Below, in pieces: positions 29,650 to 42,805 of a DNA stretch of 64,000 nucleotides (position 1 is the first letter of the stretch; the number at the start of each line of letters is the position of its first letter). The stretch lies in the NCBI RefSeq assembly GCF_009914755.1, contig NC_060926.1; one strand, given 5' to 3'. The translations under genes were made by a program, and so were the position numbers. Source of the stretch: the human T2T-CHM13v2.0 reference genome, Homo sapiens. The notes beneath the pieces were generated by a model. It was not told the origin of the DNA and made no database searches. It saw nothing but the letters and a program-made list of their open reading frames with translations.

Positions 29650-31556
29650 CTTTGTTAACACTTAAAGCCAACCATGACTTTATACCTTTAAAATTATAAT
29701 TTCCTTTTTAGTTGAATAATCCAGTTTACAATTCTTTTCAGAGTTAAATTATGAATATATGGAATAATTTCCCCCTGTATATGCAAACTTTATGCTGTTA
29801 AATTTGAAATGAGTGACTGCTGAGTTGATGAGATTAAATGGATGAGAGGATTATTCAGCATTGAATTCTCTGCTTTGCATGATCGTTTTTCTTTTTAGAA
29901 TCACTTCTGGAGAGAAAAATATTTCGGAAACATGTTTTTCCCTTCAGGTATAACCCTAAAGTTATTCCGTAGCTATTGCAAAACATAGCCTATCCAGTGC
30001 CTATCTTCATGTTTAAGGGCTCCCAATTTCTAAATTGCCATTTTTGTTACTTTGCAAAAATGTGTCCATATGGTCTCACTTCATCTGTTTATATTTTATG
30101 AATGTATTGTTCCCAAAGTGATCAGATCTGCTTGTACCTCAGCAAAGTAATTTGGGTTATGGCTATTTTATTTCAGGCATTCCTAAGAAAGATCATTTAA
30201 AATGTAAAGTTATTTTCAGTAGTTCAAAGACAAATCTATTTCTTAGCTTATAGAATCTTAAGAGTTTTTATGTACCCAAACCTTAATAATGTAGGAGTTA
30301 CACAAAGTAGAAGCAGTCTGCAAGCAAATTGAAATAACACATTATTGAAACTTGAAGACAAATAACATCCTATGCAATTATATTCTATATATTTCAAATA
30401 TGAAAATAGCTATAATAAATTAAAAGTATACTTAGAATTTCAATCTCTGTGGCTCTTGAAAGAAAATTTAATTTTTCCTTTAAAAATTGGAGTTCAAAGC
30501 ATTTCAATTTATAGACTGTTTAGTGTTTTAACTTGTAGTCTTTTTCTTATGAAAATTCCTATAAAGCAACGCGGCATCAGTGAAGTGTTCATCGTGAGTT
30601 ATCATCTACCCTAATAGGCATATATCTCATTTAAAAATTTTCCCCAAATCATTCTAAGAGCCTAAACCAAGATTAAGGTCTTAACCACTGCCTATGGCCT
30701 TCTAATAAACTATTCTGGCAGAATTAATAACTCTTACTATTTCATCCATATGTAGTATTTCTGTATTCTGGTATTCCTTTAGAAATGCCTTTCCATCACA
30801 AAGTTGACATGAGCCATGATTTCTCTTCTTTTGAAAATACTTCTGTTAATTATTTTCAAAGTAAGCCCTTTATGCCCAACTGAAGAGTCAAGTAACACCG
30901 TTTTTCATTCATAACCTTAGCTGCCTTATACACCCCATGGTTTAAGTCTAGGACTATTGGAAGGGATGCTGCTTACTGGAGATTTCCCATTGTCCCACTT
31001 TCTCATTTGTTCCTTAATAAGATAAGTAATATTATTTTTCTATAATGTAAGCTCTTAACAGCAGGATTTTTATTTTATTTCAGTTAGCAAAGAATAATGA
31101 AAAAGCAAATTTTTTAACTATGATGTGAAAAAATATATCTTAGTGATTGCTGCTGTTGACATTCTAAGCTGATTGATTAGAAGATTTGAAGGCCTGTAGG
31201 TAAGATTATGAAAAATATTTGTGTATTTATGGGTACTGAACAGAATGCTGTTGCATTTCGCTCATTTGATCTGCACTACAGAACTGGGCAAATGTGTTTT
31301 ACTGATGTGGAATAATTTATCTAGTTGAATAATTTTTTTTTAAAAGCAAACTTTTTAACCCAGGATAAAACTTCAGTTTCCCACTGAAAACCTTTGTCAG
31401 AGTTGGAGAGTGCTCTTCTTACTTTAAAACCAGTAGATCAGAAATGCAAAGAATGGATCATCTCTGACAGGTCTGCCATTGTGCGAAAAAAGACCCTTCA
31501 TTGCTTTACTGGGCCTGCTGCTTTTTGATGCAGCTAGATTGCTATCTCTGTTCTCC

Positions 31557-31617
31557 TTACTACTACTACCACCACCACCACTACCACTATTACTACTGCT
31601 TCTGCTGCTACCACAAC
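31557..31617. repeat. Compound imperfect trinucleotide repeat (CTA/CCA/CTG)
   Basis: TTACTACTACTACCACCACCACCACTACCACTATTACTACTGCTTCTGCTGCTACCACAAC. Confidence 0.85.
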
Positions 31618-31934
31618 AGGAAACAAATGACAAATCTAGAAAAATTGTAATTGTGAGTAAGATATGAGAATCAGTGATCTCTATGGAATAGAAATCCAAT
31701 AGGAGACTAACAGCTAACAATTATTGAGTACTTACTATGTATCAGACATTGTACTTAATTCTATAAGTGGTAGATTTTCTATGTTCCTTATCACAAATTT
31801 TGGGGTTAATGTAGTAAAAAATCTTTCAGGTTATTTTGGTCACTGAACATTTCATCTCAATTTCTTTGTGCCATGAGTTTTCGTACCTTTTTCAACTTTG
31901 TGAGGCAATATATAGTCTTGAACTGTACAATATC

Positions 31935-32070
31935 CTTTCAGTTCAGATTTTTTTAAATTTTTGGAATATTTGCAAAATATACGTACAAATCGAGCATCTC
32001 TAGTCCAAAATATCTGAATGTTGGAGCATTTTGAATTTTGGGTTTTCTGGTTAGGAATGCTCAACAGGTA
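31935..32070. mobile_element. Tigger4/MER46-like DNA transposon fragment
   Basis: GAGCATCTCTAGTCCAAAATATCTGAA and GGAGCATTTTGAATTTTGGGTTTTCTGGTTAGGAATGCTCAACAGG+TA end. Confidence 0.65.
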
Positions 32071-32654
32071 TATATTTGGTTATCTTTGTATTTTTGTGGA
32101 ATGTGTTTTAGATATGCACATTTGGTTACATTAGTGGTAGAGGCTAAAAAGAGGAGAAGGGACCAAAGAACAAGAAATGGAAAACACAAGATCAAAATTA
32201 GGGGACAGTGACAGCAACAGCTGATGGTCTTATGTCGGGGGAAGAGACAGAACAACTGCAAGATAGGTCCAGAGGCTAATGGTGTCTCCATGCAGTTGTG
32301 AATGTTCATAGTGGTGCTTTCAGTCATCAAGAAAAGTGTGTGCTCTGTATATTCTGGTTAATAAGTCAGAAAATAAGTAATAATACTAGAGTAGTATTTG
32401 AAATCAGAAAATAAATTGGCATTTGAAGGATAAACTTTGGATATCCAGAAATTATAATCCTGCAGAACAGCTCTTTACTCAAAGATGAGAGAAATGAAAA
32501 ATTATTAAGTAATGCAAAGGATCAAGGTAGCCAGTTTTCAAATGTAATGCATTAAAAGGTCGTAACTCCCTTGGGAGAAGAGCACTGAGAGACCAGGGTA
32601 GTTCTCCGTACGTGGTTACTCTTACCCAGAAAGGCAAGGTAGAATTTTGTTGTT

Positions 32655-32860
32655 AGAATAATAATTAGTGTTCACTGAGCACTTACTATGGGTATCACTG
32701 TGCAGGTGATGACATGTGTACCTCATTTAATTTCTCATCACTTTGCGGTTCAGGAATTATGAGGATTATCTCATTTGAAATGAGAGGAAACTGAGGTGTA
32801 AATTGATTGCTAAAGCTGTTGATAGTCACACACAATTCATAAGCAATCAGCCTGAATTCT
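32655..32860 (-). mobile_element. MIR
   Basis: TGAGCACTTACTATG...CTCATTTAATTTCTCATCAC...GAGGAAACTGAGG. Confidence 0.75.
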
Positions 32861-33858
32861 CCTCCCCACCCCTAGTCCACCACCACTCACAGAGCTTGTG
32901 CTCTTGCCAGGGCTTACTAGAGCCATGCTTAAGTGAAGCAAAATCACTTCCTAGCTTTGTGGCTCCAGGGCAGCCAGCCAGGTAGTGTTTCCAAGCCTCA
33001 GTCTGCCTGTTAGACAGTGGGGATAAGAGCAATTAGTTGACTGCCTATTACATAGGGGCATCGTAAGACTCATGAGAATAAAGGTTCTTAGAAATCCAAA
33101 AACAATTTTGTAAAAAGGACTGTTATAAAGCATTGTTATGGATATCCTTAAGTCAGCAAAGTAAAAATACACTTATTTCCTTTTGGGAAGTATTATATAA
33201 CATTATGCACTAAGAAATAAGAATTAGAGTAATTTAGGCCTAAATATTGTCAAATTAGAAATTTTAATTTGGTTTTCCCCACCGTAAGTATTCTCTTATC
33301 TTCCCCTCCCCCAGCTCAACAAGAAAAGTCCTCGTTATATTGTATTAATTTCATTCTGATGATATGTAGGCTGCACAAAAAAGACAGCAAGGGTAATGAA
33401 TTTGCTTCTTACACTGATCGGTGAATATGGTATGAATTGAACATCCCACCAGGAGCCAGAAGATCCTGTGCTGTCATTCAGTTGTCTCTTCAACCTGGTA
33501 AATGCAGAGTGTTTCTCTGCCACTACTCCAACTTATCTGTTATCCATATGTGTTGGATGAGTTCATGTTCCTCATCTGTTGGAGCTGCAGAAGACAAACA
33601 CTGTGTCAAGAGGGCCCTTTTTTAACTGCAGGTGGAAACAGAGCAGTAGCCATGAAGTGATATTTAAGGAAGCTAGAGCTTAATGAATGAAAGTCCCCTG
33701 TCCCACCTAGAGCTATGTATTCTCCAAGGCCTCTCATTCACAGGACTAGGATTTGGTTCCATCCTCTGAATGTACAGTGCCATTGGGCACCCAGAGATCC
33801 AGCACTTGTATTTTTGAGTCCAAAGTGTAAAAGAGAGCAGGCCTAACCTAAGTCTTTC

Positions 33859-33860
<2 letters not shown>

Positions 33861-33890
<30 letters not shown>
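33861..33890. repeat. T30 homopolymer
   Basis: 30 consecutive T with no adjacent Alu/L1 body. Confidence 0.95.
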
Positions 33891-33891
<1 letters not shown>

Positions 33892-35629
33892 AGCCACTGG
33901 GCACAAGGCAGTTGGGTATTCCTTTTGATTAGCTTTTGTTAGCTCAGGAGGAAGCCTTTCATCACTTCCCCCTTTGGGGGCTCAGCTTCCTCACCAGGCA
34001 TTCTGGGCCTTCACTCTCTCCCTCTGTACTCCCTTCTTTGACAAAGGTTTCCTTTTCCTGTTCCCTTAGCTTTGTCCTTTTTGCACTTTCTGTAATCCCA
34101 CCAGCAGCAGTGTTCCCTTTTGTTTGGAAATAAGGACGAGAAAGAAAGGGAGGTGGAGAAGTTTTAAAATTTTGAGAAATGAATAAATCTGTTCTTTTAA
34201 GTCATAAACCGCTGAAGGTCAGGTGCCCTTGTTAAATATTGTTGAGCACTAATAAAATCTCATGAGCCTAATACTTTTGATAGAGCATAGCTATTAGGGA
34301 GTCTAAGCAGTTGCAGAGGTTAGGATTTTCCTAATAATACTTGCATTCAATTCATAATCTTATACTTATTTAAACCTGTTTCTAGTCACTTTTCATCATA
34401 TCCATGAATAATTACAGCTACTCATTCTTATATCCATATATAACTGCATATTTACCCCCTAGGTTTATGCTTGATTTAAACCTGGTACCATAGTTATTCC
34501 TAATTGTAAACTGATGATGAGATTTCACATGTGTATTGCATAATTTAATTAGTTTAGTGTTTGTAAAAATTCTTTGAAGGTAAAATATTTTCATAAATGC
34601 CAAGAATTATGATTACTTTTGTTATGTAATTTCTAAGACTCAATTTCTCTTGCATATAGTTCCTCTCTTAAGGAAGGTTTATATACAGTGCCTTTTAAAA
34701 ATATTTCAAAATTGGAAGCATATTTTTGGTTGTAGTAGATACTGAATTATTCTTGCTGGTTTGAATCTTGAAGAAAATGAAATGTAAATTCAGATTAAAT
34801 TGGTATCTCTTTAGTACCCAGAATATGTTTTTGACATTTGGATACTGCCCATTAAATTCTTTGTATTTGACTGTCTGAAATGTATTCTGAATTTGTGTAT
34901 CTGTTCTGGGTTTTATTTGAACTGAATTTTAGTTAAGTAAAGAATTTTAGTATACTTTAAGTGGTATTAAATAAAATGAAAAAGACTGATTTCAAATATT
35001 AATCTTTTTAGATTCTTTTGCCATATGTTCTTTTCCCAATTTATTTTGTCATATAGTTTCCATTTGTTCAAACGTCATTTTTCTTCAGATTTTTGCTTTA
35101 TTCTCTTTGCAAGATTATGAAAACTGTCTCTTCTGTAACTGCTTTCAGAGTGAAGCCTGCAAACAGGAAATGCCCAGGTAAAGATGGTTAGATGGCACAA
35201 ATAGTAAGCACTGCATATTTAAACCTGATGCTTTTGAAATCTTCTTTTTTTAAGTAATCACAAGATATTTGGGAGTTTGGTTGTCCTTCTCAGTACACAG
35301 GAAAGAAACGTGAAATTTTGGTTGAGAGAAGTAGCACCATAGGGCATGAGCCAAAAAATGTAGCAGTAGGCAGCCCAAGAGAGGTGTCAAATTCAAACTA
35401 ATTTCACTTTTGAGAACAAGATTTCCTCTCAGACAGTGCAGCTCAGAGGATAGAAGATAAGCATAGAAAAACAGCATGGGATCTTTGAGGTGGGCACAGG
35501 TTAAGGATAAAGAGCAAGGGGATGTGATTTACAGACATAGAGACAGTACGAAACCAGGCCTGGTGCATTGCAGAAATGCTGAAATCTCAAAGTTGAGAGA
35601 AGAAAAGGTCAGAGGATTGGATTCACAGA

Positions 35630-36487
35630 GAGGCTACAGTAAGTAAAAAGGCCTCTTTTTTATGCAGTAAGATAAGAAGTAGAAGGTACACACACTGGAA
35701 AGGAAAAGTGAAACTCTGTTTTTCACAAAGGATATTATTGTATATATAGAAAATTCTTAAGCAGGAAGGAGCAAACTATAGCCTACAGTCTAAATTCAGT
35801 CTACCACCTATTTTTGTATCACCTATGACCTAAGATGACTTTTACATTTTTGGGCCATGGGGGGGCAGTGGTAAGTGTAAGATGGCACAACCATGTTGGA
35901 AAACAATTTGATAATTTTTTGTAAAGTTAAACACATTTACCCTATGGCCCAGCAGTTCTCCTGGGTCACACCTAAGAATAAAAGAAAAAGTATGTCCACA
36001 CAAAAACTTGTCTAGAATGTTCATAGCACTGTTATTCACAAATACCCACCAAACTAGAAACCACTTAATTATCTGTCACTGGGTGAATTAATAAATTATA
36101 TTCATAACATACAACAAGAAAAAAGAACCCAACCATTGATACATGCACCATGGATGAATCTCAAAAATCTGCTGAGTGAAGGAAGTAAGCCAAACATAAA
36201 AGAGTACGTACTGATTTACTCCATTGATAGAAATTTTAGAGCAGGCAGAATTAATCTGTAACAACAGAAAGCAAGTCCATGATTGCTGGGGAACAAAGGG
36301 AGGGGCAGTACTGCAAAGAAGCTAAGGCAATTTTGCGGGGTGGTGGCATGACCAAAATATTCTGAATCTAATTGGAGCTGTGGCTCGTTGTTGTGTACAT
36401 TTAGTAAAACCCCTAACGCTGTGCCTTTAAAATGGGTGCATTTTATTGCATGTAAGTTATATCTCAATAAAGTTGACTTTTTAAAAC
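35630..36487 (+). mobile_element. Old L1M 3' region, with a MER58-like fragment at ~35762-35850
   Basis: AGAATGTTCATAGCACTGTTATTCAC, ATGGATGAATCTCAAAAA, terminus GCATTTTATTGCATGTAAGTTATATCTCAATAAAGTTG. Confidence 0.8.
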
Positions 36488-37192
36488 ACATTAACATGTT
36501 TTTAAGAATCACAGTAAGACCCTGGCTTAAACTAGATTATCGGCTTCCATAGAGCACAGACTCTTGGATAGACACTGTTTTACAAAACTCCAGTATGCAG
36601 CTTAATATTGGGCACTCATAAAATATTTTTGAGCAGACACCTGAGTGAAAGAAACAAGACCACACATTAGGCTGAGCGTCGAGGAGTGAAGCTCCGTGAA
36701 GTCGGCCAACAAGGCTCAAGACCGGAGTTCAAGTCTGTGCTGAGGCTGGGTGAAGCTGTTGGATATAAAAATTTTGTTTTAGATTTGTTCATCTTAACAT
36801 TTATTTTTCTATTGGAGAAAAATATGTGCAATGTAATCCACTATGACTAGAATAAAGCCTTTTGAATGGCAGACAGGGATTCAGACAATTAACTGCCTGT
36901 GGAGTACTCTGTACAGGAAACAATTTTACTGAAATAACATAAGGAGCCTGTATTGGTAGTTTTAATAAAATCAAGCCTGACTCATCTATTTGAGGACCAG
37001 GATTATGGAAATAACATCTTATGCTTCAAGAGTATTTTAAGATTGGAACAGTTATACTCATATTTATGAAAAAACAAAATTTGTGCATAAGTAAAATTTT
37101 AACCCTGTGGAAAAATTTAATATTTTTATTTGGCTTCTTTATGTTAACCCTGAAGAAATTCCTTTAGATTATTCAACTTCATAAATGTTAAG

Positions 37193-38070
37193 TTTCACTC
37201 CTCCAGCCACCCAAGATGCCAAAAGGAAAGAAGGCCAAGGGGAAGAAGGTGGCCCTGGCCCCTGTTGTTGCAGAGAAGCAGGAGGCCAAGAAAGTGATGG
37301 ATCCCCTGTTTGAGAAAAGACCTGAGAATTTTGGCATTGGATAGGACATCTAGCCCAAATGGGATCTTAACCCACTTTGTCAAATGCCCCTGCTACTACA
37401 TCAGGTTGCAGCAGCAAAGAGCTGTCCTCTATCCAGAGCTGAAAGTGCCTCTTGCGATGAACCAGTTCACCCCGGCCGTGGACCGCCAAGCAGCTACTCA
37501 GCTGCTTAAGCTGGCCCATAAGTACTGACCAGAGACAAAGCAAGAGAAGAAGCAGAGACTTGGCCTGGGCTGAGAAGAAAGCTGCCAGCAAAGGGAACAT
37601 CCCCATTAAGAGACCACCTGTCCTTCGAGTAGGGGTTAACATTGTCACCACCTTTGGAGAACAAGAAGGCTCAGCTGGTGGTGATCGCACATGACATGGA
37701 TCCCATTGAGCCAGTTGTCTTCCTGCTTGCCTTATGTCCTAAAATGGGGGTCCTTGACTGCATTATCAAGGGGAAGGCAAGCCTGGGATGTCTGTGCATA
37801 GGAAGACCCTGCACCACTGTTGCCTTCACACAGGTTAACTTGGAAGACAAAGGAGCTTCGGTTAGCTGGTGGAAACTATCAGGACCAATTACAATGATAG
37901 ATATGATGAGATCCGCCATCACTGGGGAGGCAGTGTCCTGGGTTCCAAGTCTGTGGCTTGCTTTGCCAAGCTGGAAAGGGCAAACGCTAAAGGACTTGCC
38001 ACTAAACTGGGTTAAATGTACACGGTTGAGTTTTCTGCACATAAAAATAACAAAAATTCTCCTTCCAAAA
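37193..38070 (+). pseudogene. RPL7AP: Processed RPL7A (eL8) pseudogene, full length
   Basis: ATG 37216 [13 protein letters not shown]..., [11 protein letters not shown], ends AAACTGGGTTAA (TAA 38013-38015); intronless; TAG at 37342 and 37351 plus frameshifts; UTR remnants, short A-tail, degenerate TSD ATAAAT(GT)TAAGTTT at ~37181 and ~38071; pseudogene number not assigned. Confidence 0.95.
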
Positions 38071-39114
38071 ATAAATTAAGTTTTCAGTATTATCAGAATG
38101 GTACTTTTACAGGGGTGGATCATATTTTATTTCATGTCTAAAAAATAGGCTTGAGTCAGTGTAGTCTGCTTTTTAATCCTTTTAAATTTTATTTATAATA
38201 TTTTTCAGAGTTTTTGGGAAATCGTTTAGTGGCCCTTCACCTACGCCCCTGTGAGGGACGAGTGCTTTGGTTGAATATGTTCCTTCCCACCGCCACCCCT
38301 AGATTTAGACCTCTTTCCCCACCCTTTGCTATTCCACACACTAAGGGCTGCTGGGCCTGCAGGTGGTTAGGTGCCATTGCCCCTCTGCTTGGAATTCAAA
38401 ACAGAGAACTTTTTTTCTTATAATATTTTAATAAGCAGAGGGAGGAGGTAAAGATTGATTCAACTGAATAGCCCAGTATTTTAATCTTCCGTGTTGACCA
38501 GTATGGAAAGGGTCATTAATATTCCAACGCTCATATTTTGCATTTATTCACAAAAGTTTAAAAAGTTTTCTTGATTTAATTCCGATGATTTTATTGAAGG
38601 GATAGTAGTTTATTTTCATAAAACATGTTTTTTTCCATTATTGCTTAAATTCTGTGAATTTACAGAAACAAAACATTTAGGTTGTGAAAACTACTTAAGA
38701 TTATGCCTAATAAATGCATGGTTGTAGTTTTAAAATTATTCAACCTAATGTAAGTAATATTTTATCTCATAGCAGTGTCGCTAATGGGAGTAGTATTGTC
38801 CAACATAGGAGGGTCAGGCACAGACGGAAGATCAAAATCTCACTCTCCTGAGGCTCCATCTATGGCTCTGCTCTCTAAAGAAGGTTACATTTATAGATCT
38901 CTCAGAATAAAACATTACTTTTCTGCCAAGAAGAAGTTAAACAATCTATTAATGTGGAAAAATGTTGCTTCAAACACAGAAGTCTATTTGTAATGTGTAT
39001 CAAAGTGGATTCATGAATGAATCTATAGCAGTATTTTGCCAGAGTTGTAAGAATGTCACTTATAGCTTACAAAGTCATAACTTAATAAAAAGAAAATATG
39101 GACATGTGTGTTAA

Positions 39115-39245
39115 TGTTTTTAAAGGCAAGCTTACTGAGGTATAATTTATGTAAAATAAAATTTAATGAGTTTTGACAAATGAATGTAGTCATGTAACCA
39201 TAATCAATATATACAACATTTTCATCACCCCAGAAAATGTTCTGT
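39115..39245 (-). mobile_element. L1M 3'-terminal fragment
   Basis: GCTTACTGAGGTATAATTTATGTAAAATAAAAT...ACAACATTTTCATCACCCCAGAAA. Confidence 0.7.
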
Positions 39246-40717
39246 AAAGCAGTTTTCAAACGGTGGTTGTGAGTCCTTGGACAAACAGTGTGACCCAACA
39301 AGCACTTTACCACCAGGGCTGACTCCCTGATGGGGTGTGATTTCTAGTCCTGCTGTTTGGCTGCACTCTCAGCAAAGGTGGCAACTTGGGATCATGTTAA
39401 TGTAAGACACTGTCTGTTCTGATAGACTGGTGGGGCCTGTCTACTTCTCAGACTTAATGGAGAATTCCTGCAATTCTATGTCCCAGTGAGAAACAGTGTT
39501 TGAAACTTTTTATCACTCAAGTTCTCAAACTGTGGATTTTACATTTGTGCAGGATTGGACATTTATTGATTTAGGTACATTTACGAAGTAATATTTATTG
39601 TTAGTTTAGAATTACAAAATGAATAATTTGAGAGAAAGCTTATAAATGTCTGGGAAACAAATGTGGTGCCCTTCCGGGAATTTACAACCTAGGCAACCTG
39701 GCCTTTTAAAGATACACATAACAGAGAAAGAAGACTACATTGCCTTGCTGTGTTATTTATGTTTTTTAATATAAAATATGTGACCATATATTCAAATTAC
39801 TATGCATGAATCACCATTTTTAGAATAAGATTTTACAAATACAGTTACTTAGTTGTCATTATTATTTTCACTATTAAGTATTAATTATTATTCTGTAATG
39901 TAACTCTGATTTGCTTTTAGGCTTACGTGGAAAAGAATAGTAAGAATCCTATCAGACCTGTGGTCTTTGGGTCAACTTTATAAAAGTAATTAGAGCTATT
40001 AAATAGGCACACAGTTTTATTTGGCCATTAAAGCTCTAGACAGAAAACCCCAAACTGTTTGCCTCTAGGTTGTTAGAGAAAAAAACATTAATTAGCATTA
40101 CCATTGCTTCTCTGAATCTTCCCTCTTCCCTGTAGTGGACAGTGCAAGTGGGGGTGCCAATTGCTAGACTGTGAAGCGATTCCCAAGGTAATTGATCATA
40201 TTGACAGAAACTTAGCTGCCTGTTGCTCTACTAAAACCATCTCAGTTAGCATTCCCCCTTCTGGTATTCAATCACCCTCGCCCTTCCTCAACCTAAAGAC
40301 TGAAACATAACCAAGAGTTAAAAGAGATAACAGCCATTTATTTACTCTAACTCCTAAGGGAAAATAGTATTTTCCTAAAGAGTAATTTCTAAAATAAAGG
40401 CATATCTGTTTCTAAAATATTTTTACTTTATGCAGAAGTATTTTTTAAATCTTTGCAACTATTTATATTTGCTAATTTACCAGTACTTATTCTACTTAGC
40501 TGTACCATCAACCTCATTTTTAAAATTATGTTTAAAAGTTAATTATACTTATTCGTAAGTGAAAAAATCAAAATAAGTATCTCACATTTACATATTAGCT
40601 TCAGAAAAGTAATTTTGCAGCTTTTGCAATATTAAGTAGTAATTTTGAAACAACTATAACTTTTTTATAGACAGGATAGTCTTATTATAAATTAATATGC
40701 TGTCTCTCTAAACTGAT

Positions 40718-41187
40718 TGTGGGAGGCAGAATAATGCTCTCCTCCCCAGAGATTTATTATCCCAACGCTTGGAGCCTATAAACGTTATCTTATTTCAAAA
40801 CTTTATGGGTGTAAATAAGTTAAAAAATCATGAGATGGGGAGATTATCCTGGATTATCCAGGTGAGTTCTAAATGCCATCACAAGTATCTGTCTATGAGA
40901 GAGGCAGAGAGAGACACACGAGAAGGCTCTGTGAAGGTGGAGGCAGGGATTGGAGTGATGTGGCTGCAAGCCAGGGAATGCCAGCTGTCCCCAGAGCCTG
41001 TAAGGGGCAAAGAAGAGGTTTTTCCCTACAGCCTCTGGAATGAGTACGTCCCAGCTTACACCTTGATTTCGGCCCAGTGAAAATGATTTCTGATTTCTGG
41101 TTTCTAGAACTGTGAGAATAAATTTTTGTTGTTCTATTCCACCAGGTTTGTGGTGATTCGTTATAGCAGCCATAGGATGCTACTACA
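40718..41187 (+). mobile_element. MLT1C/D-like LTR (ERVL-MaLR)
   Basis: TG...CA ends; GAGATGGGGAGATTATCCTGGATTATCCAGGTG; AGAACTGTGAGAATAAATTTTTGTTG poly(A) signal; GTTATAGCAGCCATAGG. Confidence 0.88.
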
Positions 41188-42805
41188 GAGTTTGGCATCA
41201 GGAAGGGGAGTCTGCTGTAACAAATACCTAAAAATGTGGAATTGCTGTGGAATTGGATAATGGGTAGAGTCTGGAATAATTTTTAGCCCCATGATAGGGA
41301 AAGCCTAGATTGCTTTAAACAAAACGTTGGTAGAAATGTGGGTATTAAAGGTGGTTCTGGTGAGAGCTAGAAGGAAATGAGGAATACGTAATTGGAAACT
41401 AGAGGAAAGAAAGGTGATTCTTAATATTTACAGGCATACCTTGGTGATACTGGTTCAGTACTAGACCACCGCAATAAAGCTAATATTCCAATAAAGTGAG
41501 ACATAAATTTTTTTGGTTTCCCAGTGCACATAAAAGTTATGTTTACACTATACTGTAGTCTATTACCTTATGTCTAAAAACCAATGTACATGCGTTATGT
41601 CTAAAAACCAATGTACATGCCTTAATTTAAAACTGTATTGCTAAAAATGCTAGTGAAATAAGCACATATTGTTGGAAAAAAATGTGCCAGTAGACTTGCT
41701 CAACTCAGGGTTTCCACAGACCTTCAATTTGTAAAAGATGCGATAGCCACAGAGAGTAATGAAGCGAAGTGCAGTGAAACAAGATATGCCAATACTGGTA
41801 GAAAACTTAGCTGAATTGTCTCTCCCAGTCCTGTAGAAAGCATGTAAATGATGGACTTGGATATTTAGGTAAAGAGATTTCCAAGCAGAGCGTAGAAGGT
41901 ACAGCCTGGTTTCTTCTTGCTGCTAATAACAAAATGTGAGAGGAAAAACAAATCAAGGGGAAACCTCTCAAGCAAAAATGAATCACAGTTTGATAATTTG
42001 GAAAATTCTCAGCCTATCCAGGTTGCAAAAAATGGTAAAATTAGGAGATTCACTTTTAGGAAAGTGCTCCAGAGAGAACGCCAAGGATGTAGATAACCTT
42101 TGACTAGTGCTGAAGATATCAGGCATGTGACTCCGCAGAAATCAGGAGTGGAGATGAAATTTTCCAGGGAAGATCTGTGGATGACCCACTTGTTTAATGG
42201 CACAAATACACAGGAAACCCACAAGTTTTTTGAAAATGTTGTATCAGCAAAAATGCTGCCAGCTTGAACTGAAAAGGACAGAGACAGGTTGAAATATAGG
42301 AAAGCTGTTAGACTTCCCAAACTGTACAGGCTTGTCAAAACAGTGCTCAGTTGCAAATATGTGGTCCCCTTAAAGAAAAGGAAAAATGACTTCAAGGATA
42401 CAGCTTTGGCCTAGAGTCATAGTCTCAGACTTTAAACCTTGTCCCGCTGGGTTTTGAAATTATTTGGGAAAGGTGGCTCCTTTATTCTTTACATTTTTTT
42501 TTCCTTTTGGAATGGGAGTGTCATAACTATTATCCTATGTCTATCCCACCACTGTATTTTGGAAGCAGATAACTTATCTTTTAGCTTCACAGAATCAATA
42601 GTTGGAGAAGAATTTTGCTCCAGGATGTATTATACTCAAGTCTCCCCTGTACCTGATTTGGATGTTTAGATGATGAGATTTGGGATTTTTGAGTGATGAA
42701 ATTTATGTGAGATTTGACCCTTCTAGTTGATGCTGTAATGGTTTGAGACTTTTGGAGATGTTGGAATGGGTTGCATGTATTTGGGACATGGGACAGACAT
42801 GAATT
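41188..42805 (+). mobile_element. MLT1 internal region (3' LTR not seen), interrupted by a Tigger1-derived element
   Basis: Follows the LTR directly: GCTGTAACAAATACCTAAAAATGTGGA, GAGATTTCCAAGCAGAG, GTTGATGCTGTAATGGTTTGAGACTTTTGG. Confidence 0.75.
41431..41792 (-). mobile_element. Internally deleted Tigger1-type (TcMar) element
   Basis: TA|CAGGCATACCTTGG TIR, far end AAACAAGATATGCC..|TA; GACCACCGCAATAAAGC and TGCTCAACTCAGGGTTTCCACAGACCTTCAATTTGTAAAA. Confidence 0.8.

Noticed and set aside
36670-36760. CpG-containing segment with B-box-like GGAGTTCAAGTC (possible tRNA-derived SINE head)
   Set aside because: Too diverged to assign by eye; no cloverleaf; needs a Dfam search
37642-38079. 145-aa ORF as a functional ribosomal protein gene
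   Set aside because: Frameshift-fused fragment of the RPL7A processed pseudogene with upstream stops and a non-ATG start
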